A stretch of DNA of 64,000 nt. Origin: Lysobacterales bacterium (GTDB taxonomy: Bacteria; Pseudomonadota; Gammaproteobacteria; Xanthomonadales; SZUA-38). The translations under genes were made by a program, and so were the position numbers. Under the pieces are notes generated by a model. The model was not told where the DNA came from. It did not search any database and saw only the letters and a list, made by a program, of their open reading frames with translations. The stretch is from NCBI GenBank assembly GCA_965212525.1, contig CBDBVC010000013.1:27522-91521 (forward strand), read 5' to 3'. Numbering within the stretch: the stretch's first letter is position 1; every line of letters starts with the position of its first letter. Shown here one piece after another: positions 28,920 through 38,196 of the stretch.

Positions 28920-29026
28920 TCCGCTTCACTGTTCTGTCAGCAGCGTCAGGAGATCTGTACAGGTGTAACTTTCTGCAATTCTGAACGTATTCATTGCAAG
29001 GACTTCAGCAACGAAAGGAATTCGTC

Positions 29027-29779
29027 ATGAAACACACCGCACTGAAGAAACACACCCTTCGCTTCATCGGCCTGGCCGGACTGCTGCTGTTCGGCACGCT
29101 GTTTGTCTTCACCTTTTCCATTCCAGACTGGGTGGAAACTGCCGCCCAGTCCTTTATCGAAGCCGAGGTGGAAAAACAGATCGACGAACGGATCGATGCC
29201 CTTGGCCCTGGCGAAGGCGACGGCGCACTGACGCGTCTTGCCAGTGCCCTCGTTGCCCGCAACGAGGACCGCATCGAGGCCTACAAGGCAACACTGAAAG
29301 CACGGGCTCATGAACAACTGGCCGATGCCCTGACCAGGATTCGCGACCGGGAATGCGACTGTCGTGAGCAGGTTGCCGAGATTCTCAGCACAGGGTTCAA
29401 GTTCAACATCGCCCTGTTGCAGCAGGCCAATGACAAGCTCGTCACCTTCATTCAGACCAGCTACATGGAAGTTGCCAGTAATCTGAAACGGGATATTCGC
29501 ATCTTCACGGCCAGTAATGCAGTGGTGTACCTGATGCTGTTACTGGCTTCGCTGTCAAGGCGCGATGCCGTGTCACAACTGTTTCTGCCCGGATCACTGC
29601 TGGCCATATCCACAGTGATCTGTTCGTGGTTCTATATCTTCAACCAGAACTGGCTGTTTACCATCATTTACAATGACTACACCGGCTATGCCTATATCGG
29701 CTTTCTCAGTCTGTGCTTCGGCTTTCTGTGTGACATCGTGTTCAATCGTGGACGCGTGACGCAGACAATACTGGGATAG
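29027..29779 (+). CDS. Hypothetical membrane protein
   Basis: AAGGA RBS, N-terminal TM, helical periplasmic part with CDC, three C-terminal TMs. Confidence 0.75.
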   Translation: MKHTALKKHTLRFIGLAGLLLFGTLFVFTFSIPDWVETAAQSFIEAEVEKQIDERIDALGPGEGDGALTRLASALVARNEDRIEAYKATLKARAHEQLADALTRIRDRECDCREQVAEILSTGFKFNIALLQQANDKLVTFIQTSYMEVASNLKRDIRIFTASNAVVYLMLLLASLSRRDAVSQLFLPGSLLAISTVICSWFYIFNQNWLFTIIYNDYTGYAYIGFLSLCFGFLCDIVFNRGRVTQTILG

Positions 29780-29850
29780 TGTCATCACCGAGCAACCAGC
29801 GGAATCAGATTCCTGTCTCAGGTCTTGCACAAGGCCGTCCATTGACTGGT

Positions 29851-30816
29851 TTACTGATTCGGATTGAGTTGCAACCATCGAGAATGGATCAGGCGAGCCA
29901 CCATCAGGTCCAGATGTGCCCCGCCACCATTCTTGAAGACGGTGATGTCATCAGCATGCTGTCGACCCATCGATACTGATTCGGAGGCCAGCAGATCGTA
30001 CAGATCGTGTATCTGCGTCTCACTGCTGATAACACCCTCACGCAGTGGATGGATCAACTCTCCGATGTGACTGACTGTGGTGTCCACGCAGTCAACGAAA
30101 ATGCGTCCGGTGCGCATCAGCTCGTCATCGGCCTCCCTCATGTCGGGTGCGTGGGCACCAACCAGATCCACATGGGTACCCGGACTCACCAAGGCACCCT
30201 CCAGAACCGGACGTGTTGAGCCGGTGGCACAACAGACGATATCCGATACTGCAACAGCACCTGCCGCGTCTGAGCTTGCGGAAACCTCAGTTGAGTTGAG
30301 CCTCATCCTTTCAGCCAGGGCACTGGCACTGTCCGGCTTACGCGAACAGATGATGACCCTTTCGATGGTCTGAAAACAGGCGAGATAGGCCTCGACCAAA
30401 GAACTGGCAACCGTGCCGGAACCGATGACGGTGATGCATTTCGGGTCCGGATTGGCCAGCAGTTGAGCTCCCAGTACGGAATCGGCCGCGGTCTTCCACC
30501 AGGTCAGCCAGGCGCCGTCCATCAGGGCCAGTACACGGCCATCGGCATCATCGAACAGCACATAAACACCCTGTACCGTGGGCGCAGGTGGAGACGAGCT
30601 GCGGTTGTCCGGGTGGATGGTGACGGCTTTGACACCGCTACCCAGCCCCGCTATCGCGCAGGCCCGTGTCAGCAGGTTGTTGCCGCCATAATCGATCAGC
30701 AGATCCCGGGGCCTGACGCGCCCCAGTCGGTGGCCTTGGCGCAACGCCGCGATCACATCTGGCCAGTCGAAGGCCTTTTCCATATTGTCTGCGCTGAGGA
30801 ATGGCGGCTGTGTCAT
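29851..30816 (-). CDS. Ornithine cyclodeaminase family protein, likely delta1-pyrroline-2-carboxylate reductase
   Basis: GVKAVT, LT..KTAADS, GSG, CAT, HVDLVGA, VFKNGGGAHLDL; coupled to the upstream proline racemase homolog. Confidence 0.85.
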   Translation of the reverse strand: MTQPPFLSADNMEKAFDWPDVIAALRQGHRLGRVRPRDLLIDYGGNNLLTRACAIAGLGSGVKAVTIHPDNRSSSPPAPTVQGVYVLFDDADGRVLALMDGAWLTWWKTAADSVLGAQLLANPDPKCITVIGSGTVASSLVEAYLACFQTIERVIICSRKPDSASALAERMRLNSTEVSASSDAAGAVAVSDIVCCATGSTRPVLEGALVSPGTHVDLVGAHAPDMREADDELMRTGRIFVDCVDTTVSHIGELIHPLREGVISSETQIHDLYDLLASESVSMGRQHADDITVFKNGGGAHLDLMVARLIHSRWLQLNPNQ

Positions 30817-31850
30817 GGCGTGTTCATGCGTGGCCAGGTGTCGCTCAGACGGTACCCTGTCGGCCACGGGTCGGTCTCATCCAGTATCAGTTCGGTGCGC
30901 CCGGTAATCCAGGCACGGCCCGTCACCGTCGGTATCACGGCCGGACAGCCTTCAATCTGAGTGATGGCTTGTATGCTTGCCCTGAATTCGGAGCCGATGA
31001 CTGAACGAAAGATGATCTCATCACCGATACCAATCTCTCCGCGTGCATGCATCAGTGCCAGACGCGCCGAAGCACCGGTACCGGTCGGTGAGCGATCGAG
31101 TTTCCCAGGCTTGATAGCCACTGCATGAGTCGATGTGAGCCCCTCAGCACTCCCGGTCACGGGCCCTGCGAACAGACAGAAGGTAATCTCGTTCATGCCT
31201 TCGAGTGTGGGGTGCCTGAAACCGATCTGCTGCTGTGCAGTGGTGGCGATCTGCATGCCCATGCGTGTCAGCACATGTGCCTCGGCAGCTTCCAGCCTGA
31301 CCCCGAGCTGCTCGGCATCGACAATGACGAAACTGTCGCCACCAAAGACCACAGTACAGGTCACTGAACGGCCATCATCGAGTACGATTTCGGTATCCGC
31401 AGTCGCCACGAATGAAGGCAGGTTGGTGAGTGTCACTGCCATCACTCTGCCCTGCCTGCATTGCGCAGTCACTTCAACCAGGCCACCAGGCATCTCCAGC
31501 GTGAGGCGTGTTTCAGGCTCTGACATCGGCAGGATACCGGTCTCCAGCAAGACGGTAGTGACACAGATGGTATTGGAACCGGACATGGGCGGTACGGTCT
31601 CCGGCTCCATGATGATACAGCCCATGTCGGCTGCAGGGTTCACAGGCGGCACCAGCAGATTGACATGCCGGAACACGCCGCCGCGTGGCTCGTTCAGGAG
31701 AAAGTCCTTGAGTCTGCCGTCTTCAGCGATATATCGGGATTGCTCCCACACGCTATCGCCTGGTGGCGGTTCTACGCCCGATACCACCACATCGCCGACT
31801 TCTCCCTCGGCATGGCAACCCACGATTCTGATCGTTTTGTCTGTCTTCAT
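30813..31850 (-). CDS. Proline racemase family protein, likely trans-3-hydroxy-L-proline dehydratase
   Basis: HAEGE, EPRG, MSGSN and DRSPTGTG (Ser/Thr catalytic pair). Confidence 0.85.
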   Translation of the reverse strand: MKTDKTIRIVGCHAEGEVGDVVVSGVEPPPGDSVWEQSRYIAEDGRLKDFLLNEPRGGVFRHVNLLVPPVNPAADMGCIIMEPETVPPMSGSNTICVTTVLLETGILPMSEPETRLTLEMPGGLVEVTAQCRQGRVMAVTLTNLPSFVATADTEIVLDDGRSVTCTVVFGGDSFVIVDAEQLGVRLEAAEAHVLTRMGMQIATTAQQQIGFRHPTLEGMNEITFCLFAGPVTGSAEGLTSTHAVAIKPGKLDRSPTGTGASARLALMHARGEIGIGDEIIFRSVIGSEFRASIQAITQIEGCPAVIPTVTGRAWITGRTELILDETDPWPTGYRLSDTWPRMNTP

Positions 31851-31983
31851 GGTGCGTTGATAACTGCAATTGTCAGTCAGGCCGAGGTCATTGCAACACA
31901 AACGAACCATCAGGCCCATCATCATTCAGACAATCTATTGTTGAATCTCAATTGATAGAAAGTCATCACAAGGGTGGGAGTAA

Positions 31984-32003
31984 AGTGTGACGAATTTCAC
32001 ACT
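31984..32003. promoter_or_regulatory. CRP/Clp/Vfr-type binding site
   Basis: AGTGTGA-CGAATT-TCACACT, a perfect TGTGA-N6-TCACA core between divergent genes. Confidence 0.7.
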
Positions 32004-32077
32004 ATTTAATACACAGTCTGTCGTTTTGAGTGTTTTGACACGACACCGGAACAGGTGAAATCTCAGGGGAGGGAACC

Positions 32078-33547
32078 ATGAAGCACGTTAAATTCCTGGT
32101 TGGCATTTTGACACTGACACTGCTCACTGCCTGCATCAACAAGCCCATCAAGTGCACAGGTGAGGATGAAGACTGTCAGTTGGAACAGCATATGCTGATG
32201 GTGGGTGATGACGGTAATCTTGGGTCCGTGATCGAATTGTCACAGCTGAAACGCCGGAACGAAATGAGCCGGGACAGCTACCTCAGATCGAACGAGAGTG
32301 AACGCCTGAATGACATCGTTACCGGATTGAAAACCCACATGCGAGATTGCAAGCGATCGCTTGATACACCTGAACGGTGTCGAATTCAGGTTTACATTCA
32401 CGGCGGCCTGCAACATCGGCGCAACAGTGTGATCAAGGCTGCCGATCTGATTGCCGCGGGTGAGATGAGCAAAGGCGGCTATCCGATTTTCGTCAACTGG
32501 CGGTCGGGGCCATTCGATACCTACGGCGATCACCTGACACGAGTTCGTCAGGGCACAATCAGCAAGTCTGCCAAATGGTTTTCTTGGCTGTATCTTCTGA
32601 CTGACGCTGGCAAGGCCGTGGTTGGTGCACCCCAATCGTGGCTGGTTCAGGGCAAGCACTCGATTGATTCCATCGTAAAGAAACGACTCAGAACCGTTGA
32701 CGGTGATCGTGAATTATTGCCCGAGTTCGTCACCATCGTCGATGCCGATCAGCAGTATGACTGCAATTCCGATCGAGGCTCCAGAAACAAGCGAAAGGCC
32801 TTGTGGGCGCTGACCATTCCATCGAAACTGATCACGGCACCGATCGTGACCGAGTTTGGCCAGGGTGCCTGGGATGTGATGCGTCGTCGAACGCACACAT
32901 TGTTCTGGACAACCGATGAGTTGCAACGCCTGAACTCAGACAACAATGGCAGTGGCGATGAGCTGATCTGTAAACCCAATGACATCGGTGATGGCGGATT
33001 GAGCCGTCTGCTCGAGAACCTGATTGAACTTGACGATGAGTATGTTTTCTCGATCACCCTGATCGGACACAGCATGGGCGCGATCGTCGCCAACCGGATC
33101 ATCGAGCGAGCGCCACAGCTCGATTTCGATAAAATCGTCCACATGGCTTCGGCCGACAGCATCGAAAGCACCTGGGAAAACACGATTCATTATCTGATCA
33201 ACAAAGAACAGATCAGTGAGTACAACGGTGACCGGGTGGAACCCCAGTTCTACAACCTGATGTTGCATTCGGACAACGAAAACCGGGAGCTTCATCTCTC
33301 GGGTCTGGCACCCAGTGGCAGCCTGCTGGCCTGGATAGACAATATGTACACGATCCCGCCATCAATATGGGCAAGAACATCCGGGCGCTGGTCGAATGTT
33401 CGCAATGTGGTCCATCTGGTGCCACCAGAGATTGTGGACCGGGTACATTTCACTATTTTCTCGAGAGACCAGCCCGGACAGCCTCAGGAGCATGGCGATT
33501 TCGACGAATGCGATTTCTGGCAAGAGAAGTTCTGGACAGGACAGTAG
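32078..33547 (+). CDS. Lipoprotein with alpha/beta hydrolase fold
   Basis: Lipobox LLTAC; YIHGG, NW.SG, LIGHSMGA nucleophile elbow, C-terminal HGDF. Confidence 0.8.
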   Translation: MKHVKFLVGILTLTLLTACINKPIKCTGEDEDCQLEQHMLMVGDDGNLGSVIELSQLKRRNEMSRDSYLRSNESERLNDIVTGLKTHMRDCKRSLDTPERCRIQVYIHGGLQHRRNSVIKAADLIAAGEMSKGGYPIFVNWRSGPFDTYGDHLTRVRQGTISKSAKWFSWLYLLTDAGKAVVGAPQSWLVQGKHSIDSIVKKRLRTVDGDRELLPEFVTIVDADQQYDCNSDRGSRNKRKALWALTIPSKLITAPIVTEFGQGAWDVMRRRTHTLFWTTDELQRLNSDNNGSGDELICKPNDIGDGGLSRLLENLIELDDEYVFSITLIGHSMGAIVANRIIERAPQLDFDKIVHMASADSIESTWENTIHYLINKEQISEYNGDRVEPQFYNLMLHSDNENRELHLSGLAPSGSLLAWIDNMYTIPPSIWARTSGRWSNVRNVVHLVPPEIVDRVHFTIFSRDQPGQPQEHGDFDECDFWQEKFWTGQ

Positions 33548-33586
33548 ACGCAGTTATCCTTCAAACGCCAACAAATGCAGCCTGAC

Positions 33587-34456
33587 TCAGTAGTGTGCCA
33601 GTACTGGTCTCAGTTCATCGGCCAGAAACCGGCTGAACTGAAGCACGCGGTTGACACGTCTCAGTTCCGGATGCATCAGCAGCCACACGGCAACCGGGCC
33701 GATCTCGACACCAGCTGGAAATTCCGCAAGGTCCGCCTCGTTCTCTCCCATAAAACGTGGCAACCTGCCAATACCGATCCCCTGCCTGATGGCATCGACC
33801 GTTAACAGGACATCGTTACAGCGCATTTTCAGATCCAGGTCACTGAATGTTTCGGCCAGCCAGCTGGGGTGAGTGTCATGATTCATCTCACCGATCCATC
33901 TGAGTGGTTCTGCGCCTGGTTTGGCAAGCCAGGATTCGACCATATCCCGGCGACCGTATACGGCTACCCGAGCCTGTCCCAGCTGTCGGCCAATCAGGTT
34001 TTCCGGTGGGGTGCTGAGTGAAAATCGGATAGCCACATCAGCTTCACGCTGGGTCAGGTTGTACAAATTATTGGAGGCGTCTATCCACAGCTCGATCCCG
34101 GGGTGCCGTCTCAGGAATTTTTCGAAGATCGGCGTCAGCAGATACGGCATCATCGCCTGGATCGTTGTCACGCGGATCGGGCCTGTCAGTGCCACATCAC
34201 TGTCGGCCAGATCTGCGTCGATCAACAAGGCTTCCTGTTCGATGCGCTCCGCCCTGAGAAACAGGTCAGTGCCTGCTTCTGTCAGCTCATATCCACGCTT
34301 GAGGCGATCGAACAGCCTCACGCCAATGTCCTGCTCGAAGCTGTTGATACGCCTGGATACAGTAGACTGATTGACTGCAAGGGTCGTCGACGCACCACTG
34401 ACACTGCGTGCCCGGGCCACGGCCAGAAAAAATCTCAGATCATCCCAATTATGCAT
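33587..34456 (-). CDS. LysR family transcriptional regulator
   Basis: WDDLRFFLAVAR...NQSTVSRRI...LFDR; READVAIR. Confidence 0.95.
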   Translation of the reverse strand: MHNWDDLRFFLAVARARSVSGASTTLAVNQSTVSRRINSFEQDIGVRLFDRLKRGYELTEAGTDLFLRAERIEQEALLIDADLADSDVALTGPIRVTTIQAMMPYLLTPIFEKFLRRHPGIELWIDASNNLYNLTQREADVAIRFSLSTPPENLIGRQLGQARVAVYGRRDMVESWLAKPGAEPLRWIGEMNHDTHPSWLAETFSDLDLKMRCNDVLLTVDAIRQGIGIGRLPRFMGENEADLAEFPAGVEIGPVAVWLLMHPELRRVNRVLQFSRFLADELRPVLAHY

Positions 34457-34578
34457 ATTCGCATACCTTGTATTTTTTTATTTGCATATAAATGCATATA
34501 TGCAGTCATTATATTGTCTGTGAACAAGGCGATACAAGTCGTCCGATTGAGGGGACAGACAGACAAGAGGAATTGACC

Positions 34579-35106
34579 ATGAAACGCAACCCATTACCCG
34601 GTGAACACAGTTTTTCCAGTCAGAAGATCATTCAGGCCCCGGCCGAAGCTGTTTGGCAGGTGCTGGCCGACTTTTCGGTGGCCGATACCTGGGCACCACA
34701 GGTGACACAATCCTATTCACTGACTGAACACGATCGTGGCCTCGGCGCAGGACGCCATTGTGACATCAAGGGCTTTGGCAGTATCCAGGAAACCATCACC
34801 GACTGGCAGGAGGGCCGTAGCCTGACCTATGACGTCACACCGCTGGGACCAATCGCGGTCGCCTGGAGCCGCTGGTCCGTCAGGCCCATCGATGCGGACA
34901 GCTGTCAGCTGATCATTGATTTTTCCTACAATACCCGTTACGGATTGTTTGGCAGGCTGATGAATACCCTGGTCATGAAGCGCAAGCTGAACAAAGCCAT
35001 CCCGCAAGGGCTGGATGCGATGAAAACTCGTGTTGAAACCGGCAAGCTGATCCGGCCGCGTCGTTCATTACCCAACGAGCCGCACCTTCTGTCATCTGCC
35101 CTCTAG
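34579..35106 (+). CDS. SRPBCC (polyketide cyclase/dehydrase) family protein
   Basis: IQAPAEAVWQVLADF...W.P; AGAGGA RBS; divergent from the LysR gene. Confidence 0.88.
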   Translation: MKRNPLPGEHSFSSQKIIQAPAEAVWQVLADFSVADTWAPQVTQSYSLTEHDRGLGAGRHCDIKGFGSIQETITDWQEGRSLTYDVTPLGPIAVAWSRWSVRPIDADSCQLIIDFSYNTRYGLFGRLMNTLVMKRKLNKAIPQGLDAMKTRVETGKLIRPRRSLPNEPHLLSSAL

Positions 35107-35147
35107 GCATCACCTTGTCGTGCAACATGCGGCAGTCTCGGGCTAAT

Positions 35148-35179
35148 TCATGGTGCCTGTCACCTTGCAGGCACCATGA
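35148..35179. terminator. Hairpin between convergent genes (probable terminator)
   Basis: TCATGGTGCCTG/CAGGCACCATGA 12-bp inverted repeat. Confidence 0.55.
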
Positions 35180-35197
35180 TCCCTCAATCGAGAACGA

Positions 35198-36394
35198 TCA
35201 AGAGCCAGAGACACCAAGTATGGTGCGGTCCCGACCCTGATCCTTGGCCCGATACAGCGCCTGGTCTGCAGCGTGGATAAGTTCAGCAGCATCGGGGATG
35301 TCGGCGAATACAGACACACAACCGATACTGACCGTCACATCAATGGCAAGCCCATCAATTTCATAGGCCGATTCGGACACTGCCAGACGCACCCGCTCGG
35401 ATAGCGACTGCACGGCAGAGGCGTCCAGGCCCGGAAAGAGCATGAGGAATTCTTCACCACCGTAGCGGCCCATGCTGTCACTCATGCGGATTTGTGACTT
35501 GATCCGGCCCACGGTTTCGACCAGGACAGCATCACCGGTCAGATGACCTCGACGGTCATTGATCTGCTTGAAATGATCAATATCGAGCATGGCGACAGCC
35601 AGATGCCTTTTTTCCGATGCGGCCACAGAGATTTCATGCTCGAGTTGTTGCAGTATGGCTCGACGATTGGCAACACCGGTCAGATCATCGTGCATGGCCA
35701 GAACACGATAATGACTCTTCGCCTCGATCAGATCCGTGTTGGCCTGTTGCAGGCGTTTGCGATTGCGCTCCATGGTGCGATAAACCAGTTGTCGCACGTA
35801 TTCCACGTACAGCGACATGAAGAAAATGGTCATGTAGGCTGCAGTGAAGCGGGCGATGAATCCGCCGGAAAATTCCGGACTGGTCGATATCGTTTCCGGC
35901 ATCAGCATGAAATAGAGCCAGGCTGCCAGCACCATCAGACTGTACAGCAAGCCTTCGGCAATGCCGACAATAAAGAAACAGAATGCCGGGTAGGTGAATA
36001 CCCACAGCGCGCGGTAACCGTGATGCTCACCCAACGAGGCGAAATACATGAACATGCCGCCACAGATCAGTGCCGTCAGCCGATAGAAGAACATGCCATT
36101 AACCCGACCGCGGATCAGCAGCAGACTGGTCAGCCAGTAGGCTGCAACCAGCAGATCGATGATACCTTCGCGCCTGGGACCGTTGATCAGATGGTAGCTG
36201 CCGAAGGACAACAGCATCAGGACCACGACCAGAGCCATACCGCCGTACAGCAGCCGCTTGCGTTCCTCCTCGAATCGCAGTGGCTGACTGCTCAGCAGAG
36301 TGACCATTTTTGTCCAGCGTCTGCCACGAGGGATCACCTGCATCGGCAAGGATTCCCGAGCAGGTCCTGGCGTATCTTTTTCACCCTGGCCCAT
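35198..36394 (-). CDS. Membrane-bound diguanylate cyclase (GGDEF)
   Basis: Multiple TMs; DDLTGVANRR, DIDHFKQIND..GH, RMSD I-site, RYGGEEF; start codon uncertain. Confidence 0.92.
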   Translation of the reverse strand: MGQGEKDTPGPARESLPMQVIPRGRRWTKMVTLLSSQPLRFEEERKRLLYGGMALVVVLMLLSFGSYHLINGPRREGIIDLLVAAYWLTSLLLIRGRVNGMFFYRLTALICGGMFMYFASLGEHHGYRALWVFTYPAFCFFIVGIAEGLLYSLMVLAAWLYFMLMPETISTSPEFSGGFIARFTAAYMTIFFMSLYVEYVRQLVYRTMERNRKRLQQANTDLIEAKSHYRVLAMHDDLTGVANRRAILQQLEHEISVAASEKRHLAVAMLDIDHFKQINDRRGHLTGDAVLVETVGRIKSQIRMSDSMGRYGGEEFLMLFPGLDASAVQSLSERVRLAVSESAYEIDGLAIDVTVSIGCVSVFADIPDAAELIHAADQALYRAKDQGRDRTILGVSGS

Positions 36395-36471
36395 GACACT
36401 AAGCATAGCAGGGGCTCAGGAATTATTGTGAACGGCTGGAACTGGACACTGAGGCAGTCACGATCAGGCAA

Positions 36472-36951
36472 TCAGAGCAGTCGGGAAACCCGTTCAAGGC
36501 TACCCGCCGGCCAGTATCTGTCACGATTGTAGTAGCGGGGCACAACAGGCACATCATCGGTCAACATTATCCAGGGCTGCTTTGATTCAGTGAAAATATG
36601 GATATCCGGCGGCATCAGATCAGGCTCATCCAGGGTGCCGACACGAATGAATGCGATGCCGCGACCGGCACCGGCATAATGACTCCACAGGGCAATGCTG
36701 CATTGCGGGCAGCGAACAAAGGTCTGCCCCTTGCCGCTGTTGGTTGGCACAGTCACCTCAATCGGCTCCCCTTCAATCAGGCTGAGTCGCTCGGTTTCGA
36801 TCAGTGCATTGAGAGCAAAAGCAGCCCCTGTTTCACGCTGACACCATCGGCAATGGCAACAATGCACGAACAGTGGCTCCGTGCTGACCTCATACCTGAC
36901 CGCGCCGCAGTCACAACCACCCGCAACAGGGTATCCGGGATTGCCTGTCAT
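36472..36951 (-). CDS. GFA (glutathione-dependent formaldehyde-activating) family protein
   Basis: GGCDCGAVRY, CHCRWCQR, RCPQC, PDIHIF. Confidence 0.92.
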   Translation of the reverse strand: MTGNPGYPVAGGCDCGAVRYEVSTEPLFVHCCHCRWCQRETGAAFALNALIETERLSLIEGEPIEVTVPTNSGKGQTFVRCPQCSIALWSHYAGAGRGIAFIRVGTLDEPDLMPPDIHIFTESKQPWIMLTDDVPVVPRYYNRDRYWPAGSLERVSRLL

Positions 36952-37014
36952 TGGCTGACTCCTTCAACACGCATGTGCCATGAAGTGATCGAGCCTGTCC
37001 AATCGCATACCAAT

Positions 37015-37028
37015 CTGACCTGCATCAA
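37015..37028. promoter_or_regulatory. Putative FNR/FixK-type box
   Basis: CTGAC-CTGC-ATCAA versus consensus TTGAT-N4-ATCAA, about 60 bp upstream of the operon. Confidence 0.5.
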
Positions 37029-37087
37029 CAACCACTCATCGAAAATTGATTACACTTGAAATGATAGCAAAGATGAGGGTCTTGACG

Positions 37088-37474
37088 ATGCAACCACGTT
37101 TTTCCTTCAGCGGGATCGAAAATGAACTGGTTCACTGGTTCAGAAATCGACTTAATCAATCCGAATCGGATGCTGATGTCCGCAAATGCTTCTTTCAGCT
37201 GTGCCGACGCTATTTCAGGGAAGTTTTCGCAGGTCAGATCGAACTTGAGTTCAATGACATTTCACTCGTCGATAAAGCGCCCTGGTATGACATCCGCAGC
37301 TCGATCTCCCGTTCAAGTGCTTACGAGGAAGCCACGGGCAACAGCGACTTTCTGGACATTCTCGAGCGATTCGCCAGACAGGCCGCTCATCATCTGTGTC
37401 ACCAGAAAAAGAACCCGGCCAAATCCGAGTCGAATTTCAACCGCAAGCCAGGTAATGGGCCACAAGTCCGATGA
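37088..37474 (+). CDS. Hypothetical cytoplasmic protein
   Basis: ATG preceded by GAGGG; ATGA overlap with the ABC ATPase gene. Confidence 0.7.
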   Translation: MQPRFSFSGIENELVHWFRNRLNQSESDADVRKCFFQLCRRYFREVFAGQIELEFNDISLVDKAPWYDIRSSISRSSAYEEATGNSDFLDILERFARQAAHHLCHQKKNPAKSESNFNRKPGNGPQVR

Positions 37475-38193
37475 GCTCGGTCACCACCAACCTCCCGGCC
37501 CTGTCCGGCCAGGCTCTGACCAAGGTCTATCACACCGGAGAAATCGACGTATGGGCACTGAAGGGGGTCGACTTTGAATTGTATCCGCACGAGATGGTGG
37601 TTCTGCTGGGCGCTTCGGGCTCGGGCAAATCGACCCTGCTCAATATTCTCGGCGGACTGGATCTGCCCAGCTCCGGCCGCGTCATGCATGGCGAAGTTGA
37701 CCTGAGCTCTGCTGATGACAGGACACTGACTCAGTTCAGGCGTGACCATGTCGGATTCGTGTTCCAGTTCTACAACCTGATTCCCTCCCTCACTGCACGG
37801 GAAAACGTTGCCCTGGTCACTGAGATCGCACCCCGGCCAATCGCGCCGGAGGAAGCCCTGTCCCTGGTGGGGCTGGCTGATCGCATGGATCATTTCCCGG
37901 CTCAGCTGTCGGGCGGTGAACAGCAGAGGGTGGCCATCGCCCGGGCCATCGCCAAACAGCCCGAGATCCTGCTGTGCGATGAACCGACAGGTGCTCTGGA
38001 TGTGGAAACCGGCATACTGGTTCTGGAAGCCATCGAGACCATCAACCGGGAACTGGGAACAACCACGGCGGTAATCACTCACAACACCGTGGTTGGTGAA
38101 ATGGCAGACCGGGTGGTCAGGATTTCGGGTGGCCAGATTTCCGATATCAGAGTCAATGCGAAACGTATTCCGGCACGAGATCTCGAGTGGTAG
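37471..38193 (+). CDS. ABC transporter ATP-binding protein (LolD/MacB type)
   Basis: [33 protein letters not shown]. Confidence 0.96.
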   Translation: MSSVTTNLPALSGQALTKVYHTGEIDVWALKGVDFELYPHEMVVLLGASGSGKSTLLNILGGLDLPSSGRVMHGEVDLSSADDRTLTQFRRDHVGFVFQFYNLIPSLTARENVALVTEIAPRPIAPEEALSLVGLADRMDHFPAQLSGGEQQRVAIARAIAKQPEILLCDEPTGALDVETGILVLEAIETINRELGTTTAVITHNTVVGEMADRVVRISGGQISDIRVNAKRIPARDLEW

Positions 38194-38196
38194 CTG

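Noticed and set aside
28400-37000. Possible genomic island (accessory-looking genes, AT-rich spacers)
   Set aside because: No integrase, transposase, tRNA or flanking direct repeats seen; AT-rich parts are limited to promoters
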